In this document: positions 43,759 through 56,052 of the stretch, one piece after another | How positions within the stretch are numbered: position 1 is the first letter of the stretch | How the letters are laid out: each line of letters opens with the position of its first letter | NCBI GenBank assembly: GCA_036510525.1 | Contig: DATCDU010000034.1 | Span: 976-64,975, forward strand | DNA length: 64,000 bases | Source: Minisyncoccota bacterium | GTDB lineage: Bacteria; Patescibacteriota; Minisyncoccia; UBA6257; 2-01-FULL-56-20 | Direction of reading: 5' to 3' | Notes under the pieces: generated by a model | What the model was told of the DNA's origin: nothing | Databases searched by the model: none | What the model saw: only the letters and a program-made list of their open reading frames with translations | Made by a program: the position numbers and the translations under genes

Positions 43759-45099
43759 ATGATGACATCCGTGCCGGAACCGATCGCGCAGAATTTTAAA
43801 GGGAAGAAGATCACACTGATGGGACTCGGCCTTTTGGGGCGCGGCGTGGGCGTCGCAGAATTTTTGGCGGCGCAGGGTGCGGACCTTATCGTGACCGATC
43901 TCAAGACCGCGGAAGAGCTTGCGCCGTCCATCGAGCGATTGAAAAATTTTCCCAACATCACTTACCATTTGGGCGGTCATCAGCTTGAGGATTTTGAGAA
44001 TCGAGACATGGTAATACGCGCGCCGAACACACCGCTTGATTCGCCGTTCATCATCCGCGCGCGGGAATGCGGCATTCCGGTGGAAATGGACGCATCGCTC
44101 TTCGCCAAGCTCTCCCCCGCCACGATCGTGGGCATAACCGGCACACGAGGGAAATCCACCGTCACCCATCTCGTGTATGAAATGGCGAAGGCTGCCGGAA
44201 AAAACCCATTCCTCGGCGGGAACGAGCGCGGCACCGCGACGCTCCCCCTGCTCGCACAAACCGATGCGTCGAGCACCGTCATCCTCGAGCTCGATTCGTG
44301 GCAACTCCAAGGATTTGAAGACGCGAAGATCAGCCCGCATATCTCCGTCTGGACGAATTTCTTCCCGGACCACATGAACTATTATAGAGGCGATATGGAT
44401 CGCTATTTTCAAGACAAGGCCGCCATCGCGCGGTTTCAAAAACCGGGCGACATTTTTATAACCACGCAAGATATAAAAGAGAAGATCGAATCGCGGTTCG
44501 GCGGGCTCAAAGGAACCTGCGTGACCAATCCCGCCATCCCCGACGACTGGGGGGTCGCGTTGCTTGGCGAACATAACCGCGCGAACGCCGCCTTCGCCTG
44601 CGCCGCCGCCCGATCCATGGGCATCGCGGACGACATCATTAAGAAAACGTTAAAAACTTTTTCCGGACTTCCGGGGCGCTTGCAACTGCTCGGAGAAAAG
44701 AATGGTATCGCATTTTACGATGACAGCAATTCCACCACGCCGGAAGCGACGATCGCGGCGCTCACCGCGCTCGCGCCGCTCGGGCGGCCGATCATTCTCA
44801 TCGCCGGAGGAAGCGACAAAGAGCTCGACCTTTCCAAGATGATCCCCGTCATAGAAAAAAATGTGAAGCGGCTCATTTTGTTTAACGGCAACGCAACGGA
44901 AAAAATAAAGCCTCTGCTTTCAAAAGATTTTCCTTATAAAACCACAGCGAGCATGGACGAGGCATTTTCCGCGGCGGTCGGCGCAGCAGCCCCGCGCGAC
45001 ATCATCATCCTCTCCCCCGGTGCGACCAGTTTCGGCATTTTTAAGAACGAGTACGACCGCGGGGACCAGTTCAAGACCGCCTTCGAAAAACTGACCTAG
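43759..45099 (+). CDS. murD: UDP-N-acetylmuramoylalanine--D-glutamate ligase
   Basis: 446 aa with an N-terminal Rossmann domain (KKITLMGLGLLGRGVGVAEFLAAQGADLIVTD) and the Mur ligase P-loop GITGTRGKSTVTHL. Confidence 0.9.
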   Translation: MMTSVPEPIAQNFKGKKITLMGLGLLGRGVGVAEFLAAQGADLIVTDLKTAEELAPSIERLKNFPNITYHLGGHQLEDFENRDMVIRAPNTPLDSPFIIRARECGIPVEMDASLFAKLSPATIVGITGTRGKSTVTHLVYEMAKAAGKNPFLGGNERGTATLPLLAQTDASSTVILELDSWQLQGFEDAKISPHISVWTNFFPDHMNYYRGDMDRYFQDKAAIARFQKPGDIFITTQDIKEKIESRFGGLKGTCVTNPAIPDDWGVALLGEHNRANAAFACAAARSMGIADDIIKKTLKTFSGLPGRLQLLGEKNGIAFYDDSNSTTPEATIAALTALAPLGRPIILIAGGSDKELDLSKMIPVIEKNVKRLILFNGNATEKIKPLLSKDFPYKTTASMDEAFSAAVGAAAPRDIIILSPGATSFGIFKNEYDRGDQFKTAFEKLT

Positions 45100-45138
45100 T
45101 GATTGAAAACACCCGCGTTTTCGGCTAAGATAGGGATA

Positions 45139-45456
45139 ATGTCCTCATCTTCCGGCGACGGTATCGGCAAAAAAGAGCTTGAACATCTTGCGCAGCTTTC
45201 GCGGATCGAGATCGATCCAAAAGAGGCAGACAAGTTGATCACCGATCTCGACGCGATCCTGGATCATTTCAAAGAGCTCCAAGCGCTCGACACCGCGAAC
45301 GTCGCGCCGATGACCGGCGGCACCGACCTCACGAATGTCTTCCGCGCCGATGGCGAGGACGATGGCGGCCGTGAAAGCACGAACCGCGGCGCGGGCGTTG
45401 ACGCATTCCCCGAATCGAAGGACGGCTACCTCAAGGTGCCGCCGGTTTTTGAATGA
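45139..45456 (+). CDS. gatC: Asp/Glu-tRNA amidotransferase subunit C
   Basis: Start trimmed to the Met at 45139 (MSSSSGDG...). The GatC-like segment is ELEHLAQLSRIEIDPKEADKLITDLDAILDHFKEL. The gene sits directly upstream of gatA, with its stop 1 nt before the gatA ATG. Confidence 0.8.
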   Translation: MSSSSGDGIGKKELEHLAQLSRIEIDPKEADKLITDLDAILDHFKELQALDTANVAPMTGGTDLTNVFRADGEDDGGRESTNRGAGVDAFPESKDGYLKVPPVFE

Positions 45457-45457
45457 T

Positions 45458-46942
45458 ATGGAACCGCTCCACGACCTCACCATCAAAAAATTCCACGAGG
45501 GATTGCTCAACAAAGAATTCTCCGCACTTGAGGTAACGCAGGCATATTTCCGGCGCATCAAAGAGCACGATAAAGAGATCGGCGCGTACCTGAGCTTGGC
45601 CGAAGAGTCCGCCACACGTGATGCGGGCGCCGTTGACGTGGCGCTCGCCGAGGGTGAAACGCTCGGCGCGCTCGCCGGCGTCCCGCTCGCCATCAAGGAT
45701 TGCATATTGATCAAAGACCTCCCCGCCACCGCTGGCTCGCGCATTCTGGAGAACTACACCGCCGCCTACGACGCCGGCGTCATCCAAAAACTTCGCGGCG
45801 AGCGCGCCGTCTTCCTCGGTAAGACCAACATGGACGAGTTCGCGATGGGATCCTCCACGGAAAATTCCGCGTTCCACGTGACCCACAATCCGCACGACCA
45901 CTCGCGCGTCCCCGGTGGCTCATCCGGTGGCTCCGCGGCTGCCGTCGCGGCGCACTTCGCCGTCGGCGCACTCGGCTCCGACACGGGTGGTTCCGTCCGG
46001 CAACCGGCGGCGCTTTGTGGTGTCGTAGGATTCAAGCCCACGTACGGCGCGGTGTCCCGCTCCGGCCTCATCGCGATGGCGTCCAGTCTGGATCAGATCA
46101 GCCCATTCGGAAAAACGGTAGAGGACGCCGCGATCATGTTCAAGGCGATCGCCGGGAACGATCCGCTTGATGCGACGAGCGCGGACGGCGCTGATTATTC
46201 CGGCATCACCGATCTCGATAATCCCGCAAAGCTCGAAAAGATAAAAAAACTTACGATCGGCCTTCCCGAAGAATACTTCATCGACGGCCTCGACAAAGCG
46301 GTGTCGGCGGGCGTGGAGCGCGCGATCGATAAATTGAAAAGTTTAGGATTCAACTTCAAGAAAATATCCCTGCCGCACACGAAGTATGCGCTCTCGTGCT
46401 ATTACATCGTGATGCCCGCGGAGGTAAGTTCCAACCTCGCGCGTTTTGACGGTATTCGCTACGCCCGCATCGCGAACGCGAAGGCGGAGGGCGAAAAGCT
46501 AAGCGAGGTATACTTAAAGCAGCGCGGAGAAGGATTCGGCGCGGAGGCAAAACGCCGCATCATCCTCGGCACGTTCGTATTGTCATCCGGCTATTACGAC
46601 GCATACTACGATAAGGCCCAGCGGACACGGACGCTCATCAAACAGGACTTCGACAACGCCTTCAAGGATGTCGATGTCATCCTCACTCCGGTCACACCGA
46701 CTCCCGCATTTAAGATCGGCGAAAGGGCGAACGACCCGCTTGCCATGTATCTGAGCGATGTGTTCACCATCCCCGTCAGCCTCGCCGGACTTCCCGCAAT
46801 ATCCATCCCCGTCGACGGCGCCCACGCAAGCGCGGCGGTTACAGGGAAGGGCGATCTCCCCATCGGCTTCCAGCTGATCGGAAAGAAATGGCACGAGGCG
46901 GACATCCTCGGCATCGGCCAATATTATGAAAAATTAAATTAA
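45458..46942 (+). CDS. gatA: Asp/Glu-tRNA amidotransferase subunit A (amidase family)
   Basis: Start trimmed to MEPLHDLTIKKFHEGL. The amidase signature is GKTNMDEFAMGSSTENSAF...GGSSGGSAAAVAA, with catalytic Ser in GGSSGG and the K in AIKD. Confidence 0.9.
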   Translation: MEPLHDLTIKKFHEGLLNKEFSALEVTQAYFRRIKEHDKEIGAYLSLAEESATRDAGAVDVALAEGETLGALAGVPLAIKDCILIKDLPATAGSRILENYTAAYDAGVIQKLRGERAVFLGKTNMDEFAMGSSTENSAFHVTHNPHDHSRVPGGSSGGSAAAVAAHFAVGALGSDTGGSVRQPAALCGVVGFKPTYGAVSRSGLIAMASSLDQISPFGKTVEDAAIMFKAIAGNDPLDATSADGADYSGITDLDNPAKLEKIKKLTIGLPEEYFIDGLDKAVSAGVERAIDKLKSLGFNFKKISLPHTKYALSCYYIVMPAEVSSNLARFDGIRYARIANAKAEGEKLSEVYLKQRGEGFGAEAKRRIILGTFVLSSGYYDAYYDKAQRTRTLIKQDFDNAFKDVDVILTPVTPTPAFKIGERANDPLAMYLSDVFTIPVSLAGLPAISIPVDGAHASAAVTGKGDLPIGFQLIGKKWHEADILGIGQYYEKLN

Positions 46943-46946
46943 CCCA

Positions 46947-47492
46947 ATGCCACCAGGAACAGCAACGTCAGCCGCAGCGGCGGCAACACAGGTAGGGCAA
47001 AGCTTCATCACTGGATATTTCTCGCACCTCGGCGTGCTGGAATTCTTCGGCTTCGTCATCGCGCTCATCTGCTTTGCTGGCGTCGTTTATTTTGTGATCG
47101 AGACCGGTTGGTTCTCTCTCCGCGCCGAGCGCTTCCGCCACATCGTCCTGCAATCCAACATTTCAAAAAAGGAAGCCCAGGAGTCGTGGCACAAGATCGA
47201 GGAACATTTTTACCGCGGCGGCGAGAGCGACCTAAAGGTCGCCATCCTTGAGGCGGACAAGTTATTGAACGACGCCCTGCGCGACGCGGGGATCATAGGG
47301 ATCCAGCTCGGAGATCGGCTCAAAAAAGCGAGCACCGAACAGGTCCCGAACCTGAACGAGCTCTGGCAGGCACACAAACTGCGTAATCAGATCGCACACG
47401 AACCGAACTTCAAGCTCAAGCGCGAACTCGCCGAACGCGCGCTCGGCATCTATGAGACCGCGCTAAAAAATCTCGGCATCTTCCAGGGCTAG
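46947..47492 (+). CDS. Hypothetical membrane protein
   Basis: 181 aa with an N-terminal TM helix (FFGFVIALICFAGVVYFVIETGWF) and a helical C-terminal domain. Confidence 0.5.
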   Translation: MPPGTATSAAAAATQVGQSFITGYFSHLGVLEFFGFVIALICFAGVVYFVIETGWFSLRAERFRHIVLQSNISKKEAQESWHKIEEHFYRGGESDLKVAILEADKLLNDALRDAGIIGIQLGDRLKKASTEQVPNLNELWQAHKLRNQIAHEPNFKLKRELAERALGIYETALKNLGIFQG

Positions 47493-47494
47493 CA

Positions 47495-48532
47495 CTACAG
47501 TGATGTTCCGTTTACTGACGTGAGCGTGATGCTATCCGATCCAGGGACGTACGTTCCAGTGAATTGCGCGGTGGCAGGCGTGCTCGACGGAGCGGAAACA
47601 GTGGTAGAGCTGGCCGTTGTCGAAGAAGCGGTGCTCGTGGCAGTCGTAGTGGTGCTTGTTGCCATAAGCGCGGTCATTGCCGAGATCACACTTGCCGCTT
47701 TGGAGTTCGCGACGTAGATCTTTGCGCCATACATTGCCGTGATGACATACGATGTTTTCCCGCCTCCGGAAACGGTGCCGTTAAAGGAAACGGTGACGGT
47801 CCCTCCTGCAGCAGCGCCCGGGGGGACGGCGTAAAACGAAAGCTCGGTCTGCAATTCCTGCGTCTCAGCGGTAAGCGTCGCGGCCTGTGCCGTGAGCGCC
47901 GTGGTCGAAGCGGCGACCTGCGCCTGTAGTGCGGAAAGTTGGGAGTTCACGCCTGAGCTCTGCCCGTTCAACGAGTCGAGCTGTTTCGTTAAGCTGCCGT
48001 TCTGCATGTAAAGAAATCCGGCAAACCCCGCCATAGCGACGATGATAACGACGAGAATGATCTCTGTAATCAACGCGCCGCGCGAGCCGTGGGTCTTGCC
48101 CGCCGAAAATGCCTGGGCTTGAAAGGTATTCGATGACTTCGTCGCCCCTGCGGCACTTACTGCGGGTCCGGTCAATGGACTTCTTGATGCGGATGCGGAT
48201 GTTGATGCTGGCGAAGACGCAACCGGCTTTGACGCCATCGTCATCGGCGCGACCGATGTGGACGAAGAAACGAGATCGCTTACTTTCATGGTCTGCGGCG
48301 CGGGCTTTGCGGCTGACATCGATTCCCTCGGCTTTACCGCGGGCGACGCCATCGCTGACATCGCGGACATCGGCTGCGCTGCCGGCATCTTTGCCGCTTC
48401 CACTTTTTTGAGCGTATCCTCCACGTCCGCAGCTTGCCAGCCGACGCCGGTGAGCGTCGACTTGATGGCGTCGCGGGAAACGCCAAGCTTCATCTGAGAG
48501 TTTATGTATTCAACGATCGATTCCTGTACCAT
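47495..48532 (-). CDS. Hypothetical membrane-anchored protein with a coiled-coil segment and Ser/Thr/Ala-rich low-complexity regions
   Basis: 345 aa with a central TM helix (IILVVIIVAMAGFAGFLYM), flanked by S/T/A-rich repeats. Confidence 0.45.
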   Translation of the reverse strand: MVQESIVEYINSQMKLGVSRDAIKSTLTGVGWQAADVEDTLKKVEAAKMPAAQPMSAMSAMASPAVKPRESMSAAKPAPQTMKVSDLVSSSTSVAPMTMASKPVASSPASTSASASRSPLTGPAVSAAGATKSSNTFQAQAFSAGKTHGSRGALITEIILVVIIVAMAGFAGFLYMQNGSLTKQLDSLNGQSSGVNSQLSALQAQVAASTTALTAQAATLTAETQELQTELSFYAVPPGAAAGGTVTVSFNGTVSGGGKTSYVITAMYGAKIYVANSKAASVISAMTALMATSTTTTATSTASSTTASSTTVSAPSSTPATAQFTGTYVPGSDSITLTSVNGTSL

Positions 48533-48582
48533 GATGAAAATGAATTATTAATTTTTTAAATATCGTTTCGACGTTTTATTTT

Positions 48583-49476
48583 TTATTGCTGCGAAGGATA
48601 TACCTGTACATTATATCCCGGTGGTGGCGCGTAGTTGAGGTTGGTGTCGAAGTTTGCATGTCTCATCATATAAAACAGTCCGGCCCCGGCCAAGGCGGCG
48701 GCAAGAATAATAAGCAGTATCGGAACAAAAATTCCCACGATCGCACTCGTCTTGATGAATCCCGTCCCCTCTTTCGTTTGCATTTCCGCGAGCCCCGGCT
48801 TGCGCTCCCGCAAGTTTTGGAATATCACGTAGCTGTAGATCACGGCGTACGGGACGAAGAACGGCACAATAACAACAGACGCCAGGGAACCGACGATCTG
48901 ATTGCTCACGAGCGCGACTGGGATGCGGATGACGAGCATCGCCACAAGATAGACAAGCTCGAGCAGGAGAACCCTCCCAAGCACCGACCACCAATAGCCC
49001 TTCACATAATCTTTGCTCTGTCGCAGAGCATCAATGCCACGGCGGCCTTCGGTCACGAATACATAGATCGTCAATGAAAGCGCAACCCCGAGCCAGATGC
49101 CGGGGATGATGAGCATGAAGGATGCCCCGATCACCGCCAGGAATTCCAGGATCCCGACCCACACGAATGGCCAGAACCATCCGATGGTCGCCTTATATGA
49201 CGCGTCCACTCCTTCCAAGTGATGGACAGAATAAATGAGCGGCAGAATGCTGAAGGCAAAGACGACCCATCCGACAAAAAGGATGAGTATTCCGAGCGCA
49301 CTGATGAACGATCCGAGCTGTAGACCCACGAGCACCCCTCCCAAAATCACGACGAGTGTGGGCAGGAGGATGATCTCCATGAGCACGGACCACTGGGCTT
49401 TATAACGCTTCCACGTCTCGCCAAAAAGCGAGCCTATCGAGTGCAAGGCGATCTTTGGTGCCTCGTTTTTATCCAT
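48583..49476 (-). CDS. Hypothetical polytopic membrane protein
   Basis: 297 aa with at least six predicted TM helices. No family recognised. Confidence 0.5.
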   Translation of the reverse strand: MDKNEAPKIALHSIGSLFGETWKRYKAQWSVLMEIILLPTLVVILGGVLVGLQLGSFISALGILILFVGWVVFAFSILPLIYSVHHLEGVDASYKATIGWFWPFVWVGILEFLAVIGASFMLIIPGIWLGVALSLTIYVFVTEGRRGIDALRQSKDYVKGYWWSVLGRVLLLELVYLVAMLVIRIPVALVSNQIVGSLASVVIVPFFVPYAVIYSYVIFQNLRERKPGLAEMQTKEGTGFIKTSAIVGIFVPILLIILAAALAGAGLFYMMRHANFDTNLNYAPPPGYNVQVYPSQQ

Positions 49477-49587
49477 GCTTTAAGTATACCAAATCCGCTT
49501 GCCCTCCCTCGCCGCGGCAGCTTGCCATTTTATATATAATATGTTATAGTTTAACTCGTTCTTTAATTCTTGAATCGGAGGTGCCGT

Positions 49588-50127
49588 ATGGCACAAAGCA
49601 TTGGCGTGGTCTGTTGCTACAGCCCTGAGGCGAATGACACCAATAAACAGTATTGGGATTTCGTCATCCGACGCTGTAACAAAGGCCACTTCGATATCCT
49701 CTTCCTCTCCGGTGGATTCACGAGAGGGAAAAGCATGCCCAACGTCTCAGAAGCGGCGGCGGCATGTGAGTATATTCGACCGCGGCTTAAGAGCGAGGTG
49801 CATATCATCGGGGAAGAAGACTCCTACACCACGTGGGACAATCTCCAAAATGTTGCCGCGAGGGCAAAGGAATCGAAACTCATCTCCCCGGACAACAGCT
49901 TTACCTTCTTTTGCCACACCAGCAAGAAATTTCTGATCGAAAAGCTGGCGGTGTATTTCTTCGGTCGAGACATCTCCATCCTGGTCGAGTCAACCTATTG
50001 GAAAATGGGATTGATCGACAACGTGCTCCAGCCCATCGTGACGCTTGGGATGCTGTCGGCACGGCGTTGGCCATCCATTGCCGATACTTGGCGGAGGATC
50101 CAAATGTCACGCTACGCAAAAATGTAG
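49588..50127 (+). CDS. DUF218 (YdcF/SanA/ElyC-like) domain protein
   Basis: Start trimmed to MAQSIG, with ggagg 7 nt upstream. The DUF218-like pattern is GVVCCYSP...DILFLSGG...SEA...NTWDNL. Confidence 0.55.
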   Translation: MAQSIGVVCCYSPEANDTNKQYWDFVIRRCNKGHFDILFLSGGFTRGKSMPNVSEAAAACEYIRPRLKSEVHIIGEEDSYTTWDNLQNVAARAKESKLISPDNSFTFFCHTSKKFLIEKLAVYFFGRDISILVESTYWKMGLIDNVLQPIVTLGMLSARRWPSIADTWRRIQMSRYAKM

Positions 50128-50227
50128 CACTGTACCCTTTTGGCCCCATGTTATGTGGGGTCTTTTTTTATTCTCTCTTGAACCGATCCTCGGTTCACTG
50201 CGCATCATACTGGATATCGATCGCTTG

Positions 50228-50302
50228 CGGGCCGGACGGGATTTGAACCCGTAACCTTCTCCGTGACAGGGAGACGCGATAACCGGATTACGCTACCGGC
50301 CC
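50228..50302 (-). tRNA. tRNA-Asp (anticodon GTC); CCA not encoded
   Basis: Minus strand: GGGCCGG-UA-GCG-UAAUCCGGUUAU-CGC-G-UCUCC-CUGUCAC-GGAGA-AGGUU-ACGGG-UUCAAAU-CCCGU-CCGGCCC-G. Confidence 0.85.
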
Positions 50303-50319
50303 TTTATAACAGGAACAGT

Positions 50320-50982
50320 TTATAGGTTCTGCACGAAAGAGTCAAAAGCTTTCTTTTTTCTCGGCAGGTACATATCTCCTTTATCATGATACATAAATTG
50401 GTAGATCTTCAGAGAATCGAAACTTGCATATTGCAATCGAAAAGCACGAGAATAATACAAGCTGCCACCATGAGTACCGGCAAAAATCCGTAACTGCTTC
50501 TTGAGAGAATATAAAAATTTTTCACTGCCTGAGGTAAAGCAAATTTTCAACGCTTGACTAGGATGTGATCTGTCAAAGGTATGAATAGTCCCCTTCCATA
50601 CATTCCCATCGCCATCAAAATAGCCACGCACAAAATGGCTAAAAAATACCTGGGGGATGTTAGGCATCGCGAGAACGTGTGTTTTATTTTGCATAAAGCC
50701 GATCTGTTCCAAGTCTTCAAACATACTCTTACATCCTATCTGTAAACGATAGATAGGCTTACAACTCAAACCCCTATTACGAACCGTGATTTTATTATTC
50801 GACCAAAGGAGTGTTCTGATCTTTTTCAACAGATCACCATCGGTAATTTGAAATTCTATATAATGGCCGCCACGCTTATTCCTACTCATGCTCCCATCCG
50901 CGGCAAAAAATCCAAGTACGTAGGCCATATTGCATGTCCACGTTTTAAAGAAATCTTCGCTTTTGGTTTTATGGATAGGCAT
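50320..50982 (-). CDS. Free-standing double-motif LAGLIDADG homing endonuclease
   Basis: 220 aa with two LAGLIDADG motifs (YVLGFFAADGS and RGYFDGDGN). It sits between the ligA stop (56 nt away) and tRNA-Asp (20 nt away). No intron or intein context was detected. Confidence 0.8.
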   Translation of the reverse strand: MPIHKTKSEDFFKTWTCNMAYVLGFFAADGSMSRNKRGGHYIEFQITDGDLLKKIRTLLWSNNKITVRNRGLSCKPIYRLQIGCKSMFEDLEQIGFMQNKTHVLAMPNIPQVFFSHFVRGYFDGDGNVWKGTIHTFDRSHPSQALKICFTSGSEKFLYSLKKQLRIFAGTHGGSLYYSRAFRLQYASFDSLKIYQFMYHDKGDMYLPRKKKAFDSFVQNL

Positions 50983-51038
50983 ATATCCATTAAAGCAAAA
51001 AGTGGATTAAAAAATCATTAATTTTTAAGTATTTCTGG

Positions 51039-53171
<2,133 letters not shown>

Positions 53172-53663
53172 TTATGGATAGGCCGCCGAGGAGGTAGAAT
53201 AACTGATATAGAATGCACGCTCGGAACCATTCGCGATCCCGCTCGAAATGACGGAGAGCACATTGGAACCGCTACATGTTGTGGTGGCCTCGCCCTGAGC
53301 ACTATAATCGGGATAACAATTCGTCTGCAGAGTGGCGCCGCTTCCGTTGAATGTCGGGAGTGTATAGTCGGTCGTGCCGGTCGTCACGTCCGGACATCGA
53401 TTGGCGCCCGATCCGTTAACGTCCGTCGCACAGTAGTGGTCGAACTGTGCCCATTCGATCCCGGCATCCGCAGTAAAGATCGCTTTCGCGGAGTTCTCCG
53501 AATCGGTCGTGGCGCGGATCTGGTAGAGCGTCAAAAGCCCGGCCACCGTCGTCGCGCCCAGGATGGCGCCCCCCAGTGAAAGCACGGCGATCAACATCGC
53601 CTGCCCGGAGCGCTTGCGACGATCGTATTTTGCTTCTCTTCTCATATCTTCATTATACTCCAA
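53172..53663 (-). CDS. Hypothetical secreted or membrane-anchored protein (Gly/Thr/Ser-rich)
   Basis: 163 aa with an N-terminal hydrophobic segment (AMLIAVLSLGGAILGATTVAGLL). It lacks the G-F/M-T-L-I-E prepilin motif. Confidence 0.45.
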   Translation of the reverse strand: MEYNEDMRREAKYDRRKRSGQAMLIAVLSLGGAILGATTVAGLLTLYQIRATTDSENSAKAIFTADAGIEWAQFDHYCATDVNGSGANRCPDVTTGTTDYTLPTFNGSGATLQTNCYPDYSAQGEATTTCSGSNVLSVISSGIANGSERAFYISYSTSSAAYP

Positions 53664-53726
53664 CAGATGAATATACGACTGCTTCGAGAGTTGAAATGTC
53701 TCTCGTCATAAAAACAGGCTGCGTTT

Positions 53727-54206
53727 TCACGCAAGCCTGTCGGTTCCTTCGAATAATTGTCTTTTTCCAATGTTAATGAGCTCCTCCGTGGTGGCTTCCT
53801 CCACATAACTAAAGCAGTCTATGCTGATAGATTTTTGCATCTTACCATCGGAGACAACGATATCAAGCAATATCCGACTGCTCTTACACCGTTGCCACTT
53901 TTCATACCAATGAGCTTCAAGAAAAAGATAGGGCTTTCCATGGGCCAATAAAGCTTCCCCTCCAAAGACCAAAAACTTCTCAGGTGGCACAACAATCGCC
54001 TCCCTGAGGTTCTTTAAGAAAGGCCTCGCTATCTTTTTCATGCGAAAAACATCCAGCTTTGATACATCTCCGTTACTCTTAACAGGAAACTGCTTTTTTC
54101 GAACACGCATAATGATCTCCTTTTCAAAGAACGATTGCAAGCGGCTTCCGCCGTCGCCGAAAAGTTTTTTTACAAACAAAAAAACTCCTCGTCTCCATAC
54201 ACACAA
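53727..54206 (-). CDS. Hypothetical protein (start uncertain; probably the internal Met MRVRKKQF)
   Basis: ORF in a low-GC segment. No recognisable domain. Confidence 0.35.
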   Translation of the reverse strand: MCVWRRGVFLFVKKLFGDGGSRLQSFFEKEIIMRVRKKQFPVKSNGDVSKLDVFRMKKIARPFLKNLREAIVVPPEKFLVFGGEALLAHGKPYLFLEAHWYEKWQRCKSSRILLDIVVSDGKMQKSISIDCFSYVEEATTEELINIGKRQLFEGTDRLA

Positions 54207-54359
54207 AAATGTGCGTACAGGGACGAAGAGTCTTGATAACTACTCCACGTGGTGCCACCCTATTTTGAGAACGGCGTGAAGCCATCCTCGCTCATTGACT
54301 CAGGCGCCTTGCGGCCGACATCAATTATCCCATGGTTACGGGGGAATCCGGATCTTCAC

Positions 54360-54638
54360 TTATGCAAAGACCTCCTTGCCTTGCGGCAATCCGGGCCCGA
54401 TGTCTCCGACTTGGACCTTATAAGAATGAATATCTCCCAATATTCCTCGTAGATTCCTTAAGAGGTCTACAAATTGTGTTTTTGCCAGTTCTTTATCTGT
54501 TCTTGCCAAGTAATCAGCTACATCTAAGCGCCCGCACCATTCCTCGAGAAGATCAATCTGATGGCTGACTGCCAAGAGTATCTCCTCGCTCGAGTTAAGC
54601 AGACTGGATTTGGAATCCACGATTGTTTGCTTATCCAT
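54360..54638 (-). CDS. Hypothetical protein
   Basis: 92 aa ORF in the low-GC segment. No homology recognised. Confidence 0.25.
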   Translation of the reverse strand: MDKQTIVDSKSSLLNSSEEILLAVSHQIDLLEEWCGRLDVADYLARTDKELAKTQFVDLLRNLRGILGDIHSYKVQVGDIGPGLPQGKEVFA

Positions 54639-55635
54639 GGTCTTTTATTTGGTCTGCCAATAAGACCCTATCCACCTTGCCCGACGAGGTCTTGGGCAAT
54701 GTATCCTTAAGAAAAAACTTATAAGGGATCATATAATCAGGGAGTTTGGTCTTTAAAAATTCGGTCAAGCTCTTTTCTGTCAAAACTACTTTATCCAAAA
54801 CGCTATAAAAACAATATAATCTATTTCCGTATTTATCATCGGGAATAGCCACGACGACGAATTCATCAATGCCATCGGTCGCAGAGATAGCGGATTCCAC
54901 TTCGCCAATTTCGATCCTAAACCCTTTCACCTTGATCATGTGGTCCTTGCGGCCTCTATAGTGCAGGCATCCATCTGTATCTCTATGGCCAAAATCGCCC
55001 GTGCGCCAAAAAACTGCCGGATATTTATGAAAAGGGCTCAGAACCAAATGTTCTTTTGTCGAATCTTCCATCCCAAGATAGCCCAACGTAACGGTCCCCC
55101 CTCTGCACCAAAGCTCGCCGGATTCACCGGGTTCGCAGATTCTTTTTGAATCTTCAGATACGACGAGAATCTCTGTATCCTCGACAACATTTCCGAGCGG
55201 AATAGGCTCATCATTTTCGGGGATTTTATCCACCCAGTAATACGTTATAATATTGGTTTCGGTTGGACCATAAATATTGGCAATTCTCGCACCCGGAAGA
55301 GCTTTTTGTAGATTTCTCAACTGTGGCGTCGGGAATGGCTCACCAGCGTACATGACCTCTCTCAAGCACAGATCCGAATCGCTCAGTCCGCCTCTGTTCA
55401 TAAGCGTGATGAAGGTTGAAGGCGTAGTGTAGAGTATTGTCGCCTTCTCTCTTCCCATCAATGCCACATAATCGACATGCTTATTCTGATCCTCTCTTTT
55501 TTTATTCCAATCAAAACAGAGCAAGGTCGCGCCTGCCTTAAAGGTATTAAAAATATCAAAGACCGATAGGTCGAATTTAAACGGCGCGCGCGACATAATC
55601 CTATCTTGCGCCACAACGCCGAACTCTTTATGCAT
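54631..55635 (-). pseudogene. 5'-truncated AMP-dependent synthetase/ligase (ANL adenylation domain) fragment
   Basis: 334 aa covering only the C-terminal two thirds of an adenylation domain (YGPTETNI, YRTGDFGHRDTDGCLHYRGRKDHMIKVKGFRIEIGEVE, PKTSSGKVDR). The N-terminal region, including the AMP-binding Ser/Thr/Gly-rich P-loop, is missing. Confidence 0.55.
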
Positions 55636-56052
55636 CCGACGTTGGGGGTTAATTTAATTGGCCCCTATCTATGTATTAAATACGTTTCCCAAACTATGCT
55701 AGAAAACGGTGGCGGAAAAATAATTAATATTTCGTCGACAAGCGGAATACACAGTTTTAGCCCAGATAGCATTGATTATGATGCTGCTAAAGCGGGTATT
55801 ATTGCCCTAACTAAAATTTTTGCCAAAGCTCTGGCGCCGAAGATATTAGTAAATGCGATCGCTCCTGGATGGGTAAACACTGATATGAATAAAGGGTTAT
55901 CATCTGATTTTCTCAAGAGCGAAAAGGAGGAAATATATCTCCGGAGATTTGCTCAACCAGAAGAAATTGCAAAAGCTATATTATTTATGGCGAGCGAGGA
56001 TGCTAACTATATAACGGGCAGCGTGCTGATTATAGATGGTGGACATGATTGA
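55606..56052 (+). pseudogene. 5'-truncated short-chain dehydrogenase/reductase (SDR) fragment
   Basis: 148 aa that begins inside the SDR fold (NLIGPY...IINISSTSG...YDAAKAGI...), lacking the N-terminal TGxxxGIG Rossmann region. Its 5' end overlaps the 5' end of the truncated ANL fragment on the opposite strand. Confidence 0.55.

Noticed and set aside
43705-44574. 289-aa minus-strand ORF antisense to murD
   Set aside because: It is antisense to a conserved Mur ligase and has no motifs.
53172-53663. Type IV pilin or pseudopilin call, prompted by the N-terminal hydrophobic segment after a basic stretch
   Set aside because: It lacks the G|F/M-T-L-I-E prepilin peptidase motif and the conserved Glu5. 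It is kept as a generic secreted or anchored hypothetical protein.
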